A DNA stretch of 64,000 nucleotides from a virus (Duplodnaviria; Caudoviricetes): positions 3,907 to 67,906 of the IMG/VR virus record IMGVR_UViG_3300036982_000954; one strand, given 5' to 3'. The position numbers and the translations under genes were made by a program. The notes beneath the pieces were generated by a model. That model saw only the letters and a program-made list of their open reading frames with translations. It did not search any database and was not told the DNA's origin. This document shows positions 39,140 to 48,234 of the stretch, piece by piece (the stretch's first letter is position 1; every line of letters begins with the position of its first letter).

Positions 39140-39679
39140 GCATACCACAGTGCCCGCCTCTAGCTGAACCAGTTTCATTGCCCACTCCATCAAGGCAATC
39201 GGCTTCTGCGTCGGATGCACCCTGGGAACGCCTTTCTCCGATGCCCGACACATCCCATTCCACATGTGGTGAAACAAACGGCAAGCCATCTTCTCCTTGT
39301 TTACCCAAGCCATTTCACAGTCAGATTGGTCGTTCATTCCCCGCCCCTCCCGCTTATCCCAAACCAGCCAGCCACCGGGGAAGGGCAGTTTGTCAATGTA
39401 GTTATTGGCTCCCCACAACACCACCCGTTCATAGCCCAGCCACGGGGACGGGTCAAAAGGTTTATCATCCCCTACCACCTTGACTTTGGCAAATATGGTA
39501 GGGGCGGCGGCGTTGTTTCGACGCAGGGGACCATTCTTTTCCTTGCCGTGAACATAGCCTATCCCGTAGGGCGGGTCGGCTACAATCGCCTGGATGCCCT
39601 CCAATCGGGGAACGATCTTGAAACCGTCGCCCCGAAACAAACGAATCCCAAACTTCCTATTTTCCCAATCGGGCTTCAT
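38864..39679 (-). CDS. DNA methyltransferase (N6-A/N4-C, beta-class order), paralog
   Basis: ADPPYG, HPTQKP, DPYMGSGTT. Confidence 0.9.
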   Translation of the reverse strand: MKPDWENRKFGIRLFRGDGFKIVPRLEGIQAIVADPPYGIGYVHGKEKNGPLRRNNAAAPTIFAKVKVVGDDKPFDPSPWLGYERVVLWGANNYIDKLPFPGGWLVWDKREGRGMNDQSDCEMAWVNKEKMACRLFHHMWNGMCRASEKGVPRVHPTQKPIALMEWAMKLVQLEAGTVVCDPYMGSGTTGVACVRMGLPFVGVEIEQDYFDIAVRRIRAAIASANEGFAAHHALLKRVVSCKIDSGFSDGGFHQHRRLRTAHLGKRQRRTK

Positions 39680-40257
39680 CGCGTTCTCCGCACTACCCTA
39701 ATCAATCGTCGGTTAATGAAAAACATCTCGGGAGGGACCAACCGCAAAAACTGGGACAGCCTCCAGACATACCAAACCCCAACATCTTTCGTATAGAATA
39801 TAAGCAAATTAGAAGGGGATGCTGCCGATAGAAAGACCGACAACTTCTTGGGCATGATAATAATGGGAACACGGCGGTCGCGCTTCGCAATCACCACCGG
39901 ATGCCGCCGGGCCAACTCCCCCGACTTCATCGCCTGGGACAGGAACTCCTGTATCGTGGTGTTGGTCTTTGCCGGTCGGTCGAGCATGTCCAAGAACGAC
40001 CAGTTCCCATAGCCTATCTTTAGCTCGAAGCAGCATATATCTATCAACGGCTGCCCTATCGGGTCAATCGCCTGCAAATCCCCATACTGATTGGCCGTGC
40101 GCCGGCCCAGCTTAGCCCTACCCGTACCCCAAGCACCGCTGCTCATGGTACGGGCAAATATATCATCCCGCTCCCCTTTAGTCCACCACAAGGAAAGGGT
40201 CCGGGCTATTTCGCGCTCGAAGGCGCTGCCTTTGTGTTTACCTCCACCGGCTCTCAT
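39676..40257 (-). CDS. Holliday junction resolvase-like PD-(D/E)XK nuclease
   Basis: KGSAFEREIA, YGDL, FELK motifs. Confidence 0.75.
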   Translation of the reverse strand: MRAGGGKHKGSAFEREIARTLSLWWTKGERDDIFARTMSSGAWGTGRAKLGRRTANQYGDLQAIDPIGQPLIDICCFELKIGYGNWSFLDMLDRPAKTNTTIQEFLSQAMKSGELARRHPVVIAKRDRRVPIIIMPKKLSVFLSAASPSNLLIFYTKDVGVWYVWRLSQFLRLVPPEMFFINRRLIRVVRRTR

Positions 40258-41132
40258 TCTAACCTCGCAAATAGTTGCTCCCACACTGGGAGGGTGTTAG
40301 CCAGCTTTTTCATTCCATACTCGCGACACACACCAAGAAAGTTGTGGACATCGGGCTGGTCCTGCTGAATAAGCAAGTCCGGGGACGGCCGCCACGGAAG
40401 TCTAACCAACCTTCGATTTGACCTCATCAACTTTTGTCCCTCCTCCGAGGCTATAGCCTTGTATGCCTTGGTTGTCATAGGCAGCACCCCTCTAAGGAAC
40501 TTGCAAGCTGTGGCGATGCCCACCCCAGGAATGCCGGGAACATTATCACTCGCACAACCCGCTATGGCTTTGACATCCGCCCAGGCAGGCGGGGACACCC
40601 CCCACTCGTCCTTCAACTCCTGCTGCGTATAAAGCTTCCCATTCATTCCCGGCTTGCACATCGAACACTGATTGAGTAGCTGGTATAAATCCTCGTCCGC
40701 CGAGACTATGATTCGGCTCGACTCCCACAACCTATAACAACCGCCCAGCTTGCTTAGCAAAATGGCAAACAGGTCGTCCGCCTCCAGGCCCTTCACCCGG
40801 TAGTTATTGCGAAAGCCTATCGCGGGGAGTATCTCCTCCCGCAACAGGTCAAACTGGACATAGGCCGCTTTCATTTCCTTCTCTTGCTGCGGAGTGCGTC
40901 CCTCGCGCCGATGCTCTTTGTACACCGGCAGAGCTTCGCGGCGAAAACTGAACGGGGAATCCCAGCAGAAGAAGACACGGGTGGGCCGCAGGGCGATCAT
41001 CATGGCTCCTAGCTGGTGCAGAAAGCCATAGATAATCCCCGTATGGTGCCCGTGGTAGGACAGGCGGCCTACCCGGTAAAGCGCCCTATGACAGATATAG
41101 GGGCAGTCAATAAGGACGGCTCGCTTACTCAT
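40254..41132 (-). CDS. 5'-3' exonuclease / flap endonuclease
   Basis: LIDCP, EADD, SADEDLYQL, GCASDNVPGIPGVG. Confidence 0.9.
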   Translation of the reverse strand: MSKRAVLIDCPYICHRALYRVGRLSYHGHHTGIIYGFLHQLGAMMIALRPTRVFFCWDSPFSFRREALPVYKEHRREGRTPQQEKEMKAAYVQFDLLREEILPAIGFRNNYRVKGLEADDLFAILLSKLGGCYRLWESSRIIVSADEDLYQLLNQCSMCKPGMNGKLYTQQELKDEWGVSPPAWADVKAIAGCASDNVPGIPGVGIATACKFLRGVLPMTTKAYKAIASEEGQKLMRSNRRLVRLPWRPSPDLLIQQDQPDVHNFLGVCREYGMKKLANTLPVWEQLFARLE

Positions 41133-42135
41133 ATTTGCTTTTCCTCTGCAAACGGATGCTTTCCTCTATCGCTTCCCACACCCGACCAACCTCCCGACGC
41201 AGCCTGTCCTCCATATCGTTATTCTCGACCCAGGCAATCATGGATGATAAACGCTTGCTTACCGGGAGCCAATCGGGCCGGGCCTTCTCCTCCAAAAGGA
41301 ACTCGATACAACTCCCAATGTCATCCACTCCATACTCATAGTAAATCGGGAAGCGCACGTCCCGCAACTTGCCCGTCAACTTGTTTTTGGAAATCTTGAC
41401 CTTCACATTTACCCCTATCATCCGTCCCCGTGACTCGACCTTCTTCTCGCACGAGGCCCACAACTCAACGGTGGAATAGAACTTTAGAGCGCGGCCACCG
41501 GAGCGGGTCTTCGGATTCACTCCCCAGCCGATGTTATCCCGTGTCTGGCTTATGATAATCACCAGCGAATCGTGCTTCTTGACCTTGCTCTTGATTCGCC
41601 GCAGTAGGCTGCTGGCAAACTTAGGCTTTTCCGTCCCGTATGAGGCATCCGTCTCCTTGCCCGCCCGGCGCTTCTGGCGATTGCTTTCCGTCCGTTCCGT
41701 CTCCTCCTCCGACGTTAGCGCATCAAAGCTGTCCAGGACATAGATGCAAGGATTCTCCAACGCCGTAAGAACGTTGTCCTCCCAGTCCTCTATCACGTCA
41801 CTGTTTCCGTGCGCCGGAGACTCCAACCTGGAGGCCAGCCGCTTCCCGAACAGGCGGGCAACATCGAACTCGTTGGCACACTCAACGTCGTCCAGAATCA
41901 GATGGTAATTATCAAAGGCCGGATTCTGACACGCCTCGGCCAGCGCCGTTAGGGCCTCAAACGTCTTACCGCTGCTGCTATCCCCGATCAGGTTGACTAC
42001 CTTGCCCATCGGCCAGCCGCCCCGCACCCGGTCGGACAGGGCCAGATTCAATAGGGTTGAGCCTGTGGGAAGGTACAGCCGGCGGCGGAAGGTCTTCCGC
42101 CGTCCTAGCGCCCGGACGATTTCCTTAGCACTCAT
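41125..42135 (-). CDS. recA: RecA/UvsX recombinase
   Basis: GDSSSGKT, VLDSFDAL, ISQTRD, SGGRALKFYS, KNK. Confidence 0.9.
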   Translation of the reverse strand: MSAKEIVRALGRRKTFRRRLYLPTGSTLLNLALSDRVRGGWPMGKVVNLIGDSSSGKTFEALTALAEACQNPAFDNYHLILDDVECANEFDVARLFGKRLASRLESPAHGNSDVIEDWEDNVLTALENPCIYVLDSFDALTSEEETERTESNRQKRRAGKETDASYGTEKPKFASSLLRRIKSKVKKHDSLVIIISQTRDNIGWGVNPKTRSGGRALKFYSTVELWASCEKKVESRGRMIGVNVKVKISKNKLTGKLRDVRFPIYYEYGVDDIGSCIEFLLEEKARPDWLPVSKRLSSMIAWVENNDMEDRLRREVGRVWEAIEESIRLQRKSKYE

Positions 42136-42154
42136 TTGCCACCTGTAGGGAAAG

Positions 42155-42179
42155 GGGGGAGGAGAGAGGCTCCTCCCCC
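42155..42179 (-). terminator. hairpin terminator after the SSB gene
   Basis: 10-bp perfect stem GGGGGAGGAG/CUCCUCCCCC followed by CUUUCCC. Confidence 0.55.
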
Positions 42180-42203
42180 ATAGGTTGAAACGCCTCGCAG
42201 AGC

Positions 42204-43211
42204 CTAGTCTTCGTCGTCCTCGTCAACTACCTTGCGCTTCTTCCTCGGTGCCTCGTCGAGTTCATCATCATCCTCCTCATCCTCCTCGTCATCCTCGTCC
42301 TCGTCCGCCTCGACGCGGCGCTTCTTCTTCGGCACCTCGTCGTCCTCGTCCTCCTCCTCGTCCTCCTCCTCAACTACCTTGCGCTTCTTCTTGGGGGGAG
42401 CATCATCGTCCTCGTCCTCGGCATTGTCATCGTCTTCCTCGACGCGGCGCTTCTTCTTCGGCACCTCGTCGTCCTCGTCGGCCCCGCTCTCATCAGCCTC
42501 CAGGTAGGCCGCTTTGAGTTCCTCGTAGGACGGAACCACCAGGATTGCATCCAGGTCGACCGCCTTGTCCAGAATGGACTCGTCGTAGTCCTCGTCCCGG
42601 TCCTTGAAGTCAATGCGGTCGGCCTTCAGGAACTTGGTCTTCCCGATAGCAGCCTCGGCCATGCGGACGCGAAGGGTCTGACCACCCTCCAACTCCGAAT
42701 AGCCAGCGACCTTGACATCACCTTCATTGATCTCCTTGTCCAGGACTTCCCCAAAATTGTAGTAGGAAATATCCCACACCTTGATCTTGGGTTTGTCCTC
42801 GGTCCGATCAATAACGTTAAAGAGTTCCCGCTCCCTGGGGGACAGGGCCTTGAGTTCCTCGTCCCCCACCTTCTCGTCGCGGGCCATGCGCTTCCGATCT
42901 TCGCAAATGGGGCAGTGCCCCCGGCGCATCTCCGCAGGGCACAGATACTTCGAGCCGGTCACGCCAACATCGCCATGAACCCAAATGGTCCGGCGCATCC
43001 AGGTGTCCCCCACCGGAACCTTGTCCGGGTGCCGCTTGTCAGACACCCGATAGGGGATAATGTCAATCTCATTGCGTCCCTCCTCGGGGGAGAAGTACTC
43101 CTTGCCCGTCGGGAGCTTCAGATAGTTGGAGCCACGGCGGCCGTGCTCCTTTGCCCGTTGGCGAACCCGGTCCCGCATGGACATCCGGCGTTCTTCATTT
43201 CGTGTCTTCAT
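42204..43211 (-). CDS. single-stranded DNA-binding protein (gp32-like) with charge-block tail
   Basis: Start at MKTRN; IDIIPY, CP...CPIC Zn motif, ELFNVID, very acidic C-terminus. Confidence 0.7.
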   Translation of the reverse strand: MKTRNEERRMSMRDRVRQRAKEHGRRGSNYLKLPTGKEYFSPEEGRNEIDIIPYRVSDKRHPDKVPVGDTWMRRTIWVHGDVGVTGSKYLCPAEMRRGHCPICEDRKRMARDEKVGDEELKALSPRERELFNVIDRTEDKPKIKVWDISYYNFGEVLDKEINEGDVKVAGYSELEGGQTLRVRMAEAAIGKTKFLKADRIDFKDRDEDYDESILDKAVDLDAILVVPSYEELKAAYLEADESGADEDDEVPKKKRRVEEDDDNAEDEDDDAPPKKKRKVVEEEDEEEDEDDEVPKKKRRVEADEDEDDEEDEEDDDELDEAPRKKRKVVDEDDED

Positions 43212-43377
43212 GGTCAGGGCCTTTCCTAGTGTGTCGGTTGAGGAACTCGTCGAGACTTCGGAAAATCGCGGCGCTGGACAAACGTACCACCAAATACAGC
43301 AGCACAAGTCCTAATACACAAAGACAGATACCCGCCGCCACAGTACCTATCCAGTTGTAAATGGACTGCATCATCAC
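43195..43377 (-). CDS. small membrane protein
   Basis: 60 aa with one TM helix. Confidence 0.55.
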   Translation of the reverse strand: MMMQSIYNWIGTVAAGICLCVLGLVLLYLVVRLSSAAIFRSLDEFLNRHTRKGPDHEDTK

Positions 43378-43886
43378 GCTTCCCTGCGGTTATGAACCTC
43401 CTTGACCTTGGTTTGTGCAGACTTGCGAACCTCCTCCCGGAGATTCCGCGGCATCTTGGGTCCGGCAAAGTAGTCCATTGTCAATAACTGCACCAGATTC
43501 TGCAAGGCGTAGCGGCGCTGGTGAATGGCGTCCACTGCCGCCGAATGCAGACTGACCTCCCGCTGGGCCGCCCTCGTGGCCTGTTGCAACTCCAGCAAGG
43601 TTGCGTCCTGGGCTATAACCGAATTGATAGCCCCTTCCGACAGCCTCTTGATCTTGTAGCGTTCGGGTTGTGAGCGTACTTTGGCATCCATCTGGGCCTC
43701 GCGCAACCGCTCGTTGCTCTTGGCGATTTCCAAGCGATGCCGACACCGCTCCAGTTTTGCGGCCCAGTGCGCCATCAGACCGGGCTGGTTTACCCAGGCC
43801 ACGTCCAACGCATCCGGGTCGATTTCCAAACAGGCAGTCAGGTCGTCCAGGTCCGTTCGTTCCTTCATTGTCCTTTCCTTTCTCAT
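43374..43886 (-). CDS. UvsY-like recombination mediator
   Basis: LEIDPDALD...QP, LSEGAIN, helical coiled coil; next to SSB and RecA. Confidence 0.55.
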   Translation of the reverse strand: MRKERTMKERTDLDDLTACLEIDPDALDVAWVNQPGLMAHWAAKLERCRHRLEIAKSNERLREAQMDAKVRSQPERYKIKRLSEGAINSVIAQDATLLELQQATRAAQREVSLHSAAVDAIHQRRYALQNLVQLLTMDYFAGPKMPRNLREEVRKSAQTKVKEVHNRREA

Positions 43887-44794
43887 TTACCACCCTCCAC
43901 GATTTCGTAACAGGCCAGAACCAACCCCGGAAACCCCGTGGCATAGAAGGGCTCCCGCATCGCATCCATCACCAGGAAAGCACGGCTGTTGCCTCCCAAC
44001 AGCACTTTGGAAAAGTAGGCGAGACATAGGCGGCGAATCCCCTCGGGGTCTTGCCCCTCCAACTTCCGCAGCAGCTTGCTGACCTCCGCCCAGCGTCCAC
44101 CCTTTATCAAAAGGCGGCACAATTCAATCGCCTCCTTCTGCTCCTCCTGCATTCTCTCCAGTATTTCCCTGGCCGACGCGGCATCCGCCCCGGCGACCGT
44201 ACCTAACCTAACCAGGGCGGCGCGAGCGCTGCCTGCAGCCCCCGCTACAATCAAATCGGCCGCCTCCGCCTCGACGTGTATCTCCTCGGCTTTGGCCACC
44301 CGCAACACCAACTCCTTGAGTTGCTCTTCCCGTAGGGGCTGCATCTCAATCATCGTGCAACGATTGCGGATAGTGGTAATCAGCCGGCCCGGCTCGGTAG
44401 TGGCCAAAACTAGATAGACGTGACTCGGCGTGTCCTCCAAAAGTTTCAATACTGCGTCCTGCGCCTCACCCGTCAGCCGGTGACACTCGTCCAGTAGCCA
44501 AACCCGCGCTTTGCCTTTCCCCATCGGGGCATAGGCCATACGCTCGCGCAACTCCCGCATGGTATCAATACCCCGGAAGTCGGCGGTGTTCAATTCTTGA
44601 TAATCCTCGCGGGTGCAACCGACCAGCCGCCGGATAATCCGGGCCATCGTCGTCTTACCACACCCGCTAGGCCCGGTCAACAGCACCGCATGGGGGAAAC
44701 CCCGTTCGGCCAACCGGGAAACCGTGGCCACCGCCTTCTCATTCCCGACCACCGCGGACAGCTTGGTCGGGCGATACTTGATATGCAGATTCAT
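43883..44794 (-). CDS. dnaX: clamp loader, DNA Pol III gamma/tau-like AAA+
   Basis: KYRP, GPSGCGKTT, LDECH, LKLLED, ATTEP, TIRNRC. Confidence 0.9.
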   Translation of the reverse strand: MNLHIKYRPTKLSAVVGNEKAVATVSRLAERGFPHAVLLTGPSGCGKTTMARIIRRLVGCTREDYQELNTADFRGIDTMRELRERMAYAPMGKGKARVWLLDECHRLTGEAQDAVLKLLEDTPSHVYLVLATTEPGRLITTIRNRCTMIEMQPLREEQLKELVLRVAKAEEIHVEAEAADLIVAGAAGSARAALVRLGTVAGADAASAREILERMQEEQKEAIELCRLLIKGGRWAEVSKLLRKLEGQDPEGIRRLCLAYFSKVLLGGNSRAFLVMDAMREPFYATGFPGLVLACYEIVEGGK

Positions 44795-46146
44795 TAGCCT
44801 TTTCCTTTCTGAAACCATGAACCATTGACCGGGCAAAGAACGATCTCGACCTCCATCGGTACAATAAGCCAGGGCCAGTGCTTTGGCAATGAAACGGACA
44901 CGAGCCGCCGCAACTTGTCCAGCACCTCCTCCCGTTCATCGGGCACTAGATCAAGGATGATAGAATCGTGAATCTGGCCAATCACAAAGGACTTGAACTT
45001 CCCCTTCACCAGCCAACGATGCAACCGAATCAGCGTCCACAGCAAGCAATGGAAGGCTGCGCCCTGGATCGGATAGTTCACAATCTCATTGCGCCGCAGT
45101 TCACCGCTACACCGGAAACCCGTCTTCATGCACAGCCAGCCCCGCTCAACGTACTTCTCGACACACCGTTTCCGCCATTCCTCATACACCGGGAACCGCT
45201 TGTGCCAAAAGCGGTTTTCCACTTTTTCAATATGCTCCTCGAAGTCCAGATAGGTATGCAGCCCCCGACCCTGCAGGTGCTCGAACAGGCTGGTCCCGTC
45301 CTTTAGCTCCAGCTTCAAGTCCCCTACCGCCGTCCAAAGGGCCGGGGCAACCTGCTTGAAAAAGCTGCCATAGAACTCGGGGAAGACAAACCGATTCTTT
45401 CCTACATAACGCATAGTGTCCGACACCAACTTCGGGTCGCAATCATAACACTCAGCCGCCATCTCCCGGTGCATGTCGTAGTTCTCGCGCAGGTACTTCA
45501 ACATGGTCGGGTCTTTGTGATAGCAAGCCGCTACCCGGACCTCGACCCCCTTAAAGTCCGCCTCCACCAACTGCCGGCCCTCGCGGGGAATGAACGCCGT
45601 CCGAATGTACTCCGCCTCCATTGCATCCCGAATGGGAATGTTCTGGAAGTTGGGGTTGCTGCTGGACGACCGGAAGGTCCGTACCGTATGCAAATTGTAC
45701 GACGGGTGCAGTATTCCATTCGCGTCCGTATAACGGACCAGCCCATCCAGATAAGTGCTCACCACCTTCTGAAGCTTCCGCATCTCCAACAGATGCTTGA
45801 CCAAGGGATTATCAATCCGTGATAGGGCCTCAACGTTCGTGGCCATTTTGCCTGTCGCAGTCCGACATTCAGCCTTAGCCCCCAAATGGTCAAACAGCAC
45901 CCGCCGCAACTGGTCGGGGGAGTTCAACTTTGTGGCATCCCCGTACAGCCGGCGCCAAATCCGGCCCTCTTTGGAAGCTAGGATGCCCTCCCGAATCTCC
46001 TCCACCTTGCGGAGCAGCTTCTTCCGAATCTTACGGCAGTAGCATAGGTCAATCCGAATGCCAGTCTGCTCGATTTCGGACAGAACCTCCGCACCCTCCA
46101 TAAACAAACGGAAGGCGTCGGCCAACATGGGACGTATCTCAGCCAT
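44794..46146 (-). CDS. polA: family A DNA polymerase, polymerase domain only
   Basis: TFRSSSSNPNFQNIP, EADFKGVEVR (motif A), GKNRFVFPEFYG (motif B), VNYPIQG, QIHDS (motif C). Confidence 0.92.
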   Translation of the reverse strand: MAEIRPMLADAFRLFMEGAEVLSEIEQTGIRIDLCYCRKIRKKLLRKVEEIREGILASKEGRIWRRLYGDATKLNSPDQLRRVLFDHLGAKAECRTATGKMATNVEALSRIDNPLVKHLLEMRKLQKVVSTYLDGLVRYTDANGILHPSYNLHTVRTFRSSSSNPNFQNIPIRDAMEAEYIRTAFIPREGRQLVEADFKGVEVRVAACYHKDPTMLKYLRENYDMHREMAAECYDCDPKLVSDTMRYVGKNRFVFPEFYGSFFKQVAPALWTAVGDLKLELKDGTSLFEHLQGRGLHTYLDFEEHIEKVENRFWHKRFPVYEEWRKRCVEKYVERGWLCMKTGFRCSGELRRNEIVNYPIQGAAFHCLLWTLIRLHRWLVKGKFKSFVIGQIHDSIILDLVPDEREEVLDKLRRLVSVSLPKHWPWLIVPMEVEIVLCPVNGSWFQKGKG

Positions 46147-47359
46147 GCCGGAACCCCTTTACACCCATAGCAAAAGACTGCTCTAAGGCCAGCCAATAAC
46201 TGAACAGGGCGTCCATTCCATTATACAACAGTAGCTTATCCCGTGGCATGTCCCTCAGCCGATTGAACCCGTCCGAGCCAGCCTCCATATAAGGACGCAC
46301 CTCGTCCTCGTACCCAGCTATCCCAAAATGAACATAGGTCTGGAACTTCAATCCCGTTACCTCGTGGCGATTATCAAGAACGTGCGCCGCGAGCATCGTG
46401 TCCCAATACCAGCCGCCCATCTTAACCCGAAGATACTCCCGCGACCAGAGCGCCTCAAACTTCAGATTGCTGCCCACCTTCAGAATTTCCGGGTTTTCCA
46501 TTAGTGCGGCCAACGCCGGCCGGACTCCCTTGGTAACGGTAAAGGCATAGGCGCGGGACTCCCGGTCGCACAAGGCAGCGGTGATAATTCGATGTCCCTC
46601 ATCGGGGTAGAGCCCCGTCGTCTCGAAGTCCACTGCCACTGGTAAACGCCCGTGCCGCTGTAGCTGACTAATCACCCGCAACACCTCCTGCTCCCGCTCC
46701 AGCAAAATAACCGACTCGCACTCCGGGGGCAGATTTGGTAAGGGCTTATTTGCCTTAAATACGGCCCGCTGCAGATCACGGCGGAACAGGGGGGAGGCAG
46801 TATCGGGGTAAGCCTCCTCTTGCCTCAGAACGTAGGAAGAATGAAACGTCGGGCATATCCAAGCCCCCAACTTACGGTCGGGGATATTCCACCCCCTCCA
46901 CCGGGAAATACTACCTACCCCCTCAGTCCAAATTGACCCCAAAACCGCAGAAAGTGCAGTACCACCCAACAGGATTATCACCTTTGGCTTGCTCCGCCGG
47001 ATCTCCGCCCACAAAAACTCCTGGCAGCACTGAACCTCCTTCAACGTCGGAGTCCGGTTCTCGGGCGGGCGACAGATAACCGCATTAGTCTTGCGGCAAT
47101 CCCGATCAAGGTCCACCCCTAAAGACTTCAACTCCTCGCGCAGCCGCTGGCCAGCTTTACCAATAAGCTGTATCCCCTGCTCGTCTTCCGAACGCCCCGG
47201 CGCCTCCGCTACCACCAGAATCTGGCGCTTGCCCTCGCCGGAGGGAGGCATATGCGGGTGTAGGCAGCCCCGAGACAACCCGCATCGGTGACAGCGAGCG
47301 TCCTGGGAGCGAAGGTCCACCCTCGATGAACTCTCAAAGTTGAAGAAGCCCTGGGACAT
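46139..47359 (-). CDS. family-4 uracil-DNA glycosylase fused to a DnaQ-type 3'-5' exonuclease
   Basis: CHRC..C Fe-S, AEAPG..ED, NAVICRPP, PTFHSS; then DFETTG, SNLKFE, DTML, YNGMD. Confidence 0.88.
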   Translation of the reverse strand: MSQGFFNFESSSRVDLRSQDARCHRCGLSRGCLHPHMPPSGEGKRQILVVAEAPGRSEDEQGIQLIGKAGQRLREELKSLGVDLDRDCRKTNAVICRPPENRTPTLKEVQCCQEFLWAEIRRSKPKVIILLGGTALSAVLGSIWTEGVGSISRWRGWNIPDRKLGAWICPTFHSSYVLRQEEAYPDTASPLFRRDLQRAVFKANKPLPNLPPECESVILLEREQEVLRVISQLQRHGRLPVAVDFETTGLYPDEGHRIITAALCDRESRAYAFTVTKGVRPALAALMENPEILKVGSNLKFEALWSREYLRVKMGGWYWDTMLAAHVLDNRHEVTGLKFQTYVHFGIAGYEDEVRPYMEAGSDGFNRLRDMPRDKLLLYNGMDALFSYWLALEQSFAMGVKGFRHG

Positions 47360-47586
47360 CAGAAACCTTGGTTTTTACGAGGGACAAAAACAGAGGGGCA
47401 AGCCTCCTCCCTATTCCAAGAAGGAATAAGGCGGCAATGTTTGCCCGGAACTACCAGCCAAGTATGACCTGAAACACAGCGATAGTGGACCAACTTGACA
47501 CAAGAGCATCGCAAAACTGCCCGCTTGTTACAGGCTGGGCATATATCCCAAAGGTTCTCTTGTTCACTCATTTTCAAGGAATCCAT
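47359..47586 (-). CDS. small Cys-rich protein
   Basis: 75 aa, CPAC...CSC...C..GH. Confidence 0.6.
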   Translation of the reverse strand: MDSLKMSEQENLWDICPACNKRAVLRCSCVKLVHYRCVSGHTWLVVPGKHCRLIPSWNREEACPSVFVPRKNQGF

Positions 47587-47821
47587 TTGGCCCGGTTACT
47601 CCAGGACCACCAGCCGAACCAGCCGGACCCGTGACAGGATACTGCGGACCAGTCGGGCCAGTCACTCCAGTACCAATTGGCCTGGGCGCGTCTTTCTGAT
47701 TGTCATTTTGCACTTTCGCCCACAACCAAAGGCCGCGGAACCGCTTCCGACAATCGCGCAGTGCCTTAGCAAAGCGGAACTCCACTACCTCTTGCCGCGT
47801 CGGCTTTTTCTTGTGACTCAT
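47564..47821 (-). CDS. hypothetical protein with a short collagen-like tail
   Basis: [28 protein letters not shown]. Confidence 0.55.
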   Translation of the reverse strand: MSHKKKPTRQEVVEFRFAKALRDCRKRFRGLWLWAKVQNDNQKDAPRPIGTGVTGPTGPQYPVTGPAGSAGGPGVTGPNGFLENE

Positions 47822-48234
47822 GGCTTAGCCCCCACCACCTTAACTGCGATGGCGTATGGTAGTAACTTACCTTGGAAGATCGGGTCACTGTGCAGTAGAT
47901 GACAGGTAAGTCGTCCGGTTCTCTGGTATGATTCGACGGACATTTCAGCCTCCGCCCTGTCCTCACAATAGGCGGCGATAGTGAGACCCCGTATACCATT
48001 GCCGTTGTTAGCGCGAATGAAATCGCCGTGGCAATTAACCCACACAATACCGCTTCTGTCTAGGATTACAGACCATACTTCGGCCTCGAACTCGGGCGCC
48101 GGGTCCACGGGCTGGCATGGATGTCGAGAGACCCGGCATCCATCCACTTCCGCGTGTTCCCGAGCGTGGTAGGTATCCGCGGGTTCGGTCAGATCGGCCT
48201 GCATCATTCGCGGCGGTGGTTCATGCGGTGTCAC
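47818..48234 (-). CDS. hypothetical protein
   Basis: 138-aa ORF overlapping both neighbours. Confidence 0.55.
   Translation of the reverse strand: MTPHEPPPRMMQADLTEPADTYHAREHAEVDGCRVSRHPCQPVDPAPEFEAEVWSVILDRSGIVWVNCHGDFIRANNGNGIRGLTIAAYCEDRAEAEMSVESYQRTGRLTCHLLHSDPIFQGKLLPYAIAVKVVGAKP

Noticed and set aside
42375-42395. Functional eukaryotic nuclear localisation signal, implying a eukaryotic virus
   Set aside because: Shine-Dalgarno sites, operon overlaps and sigma70 promoters show a bacterial host; the match arises in a low-complexity repeat.
46155-46161. -1 frameshift at A AAG GGG fusing UDG-exonuclease to PolA
   Set aside because: A -1 slip enters a short junk frame (VPAWLRY...); the polymerase lies in the +1 frame.
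47590-47680. Second collagen fibre gene in the replication region
   Set aside because: Only a few interrupted GXT triplets in an 85-aa ORF, too short for a stable triple helix.
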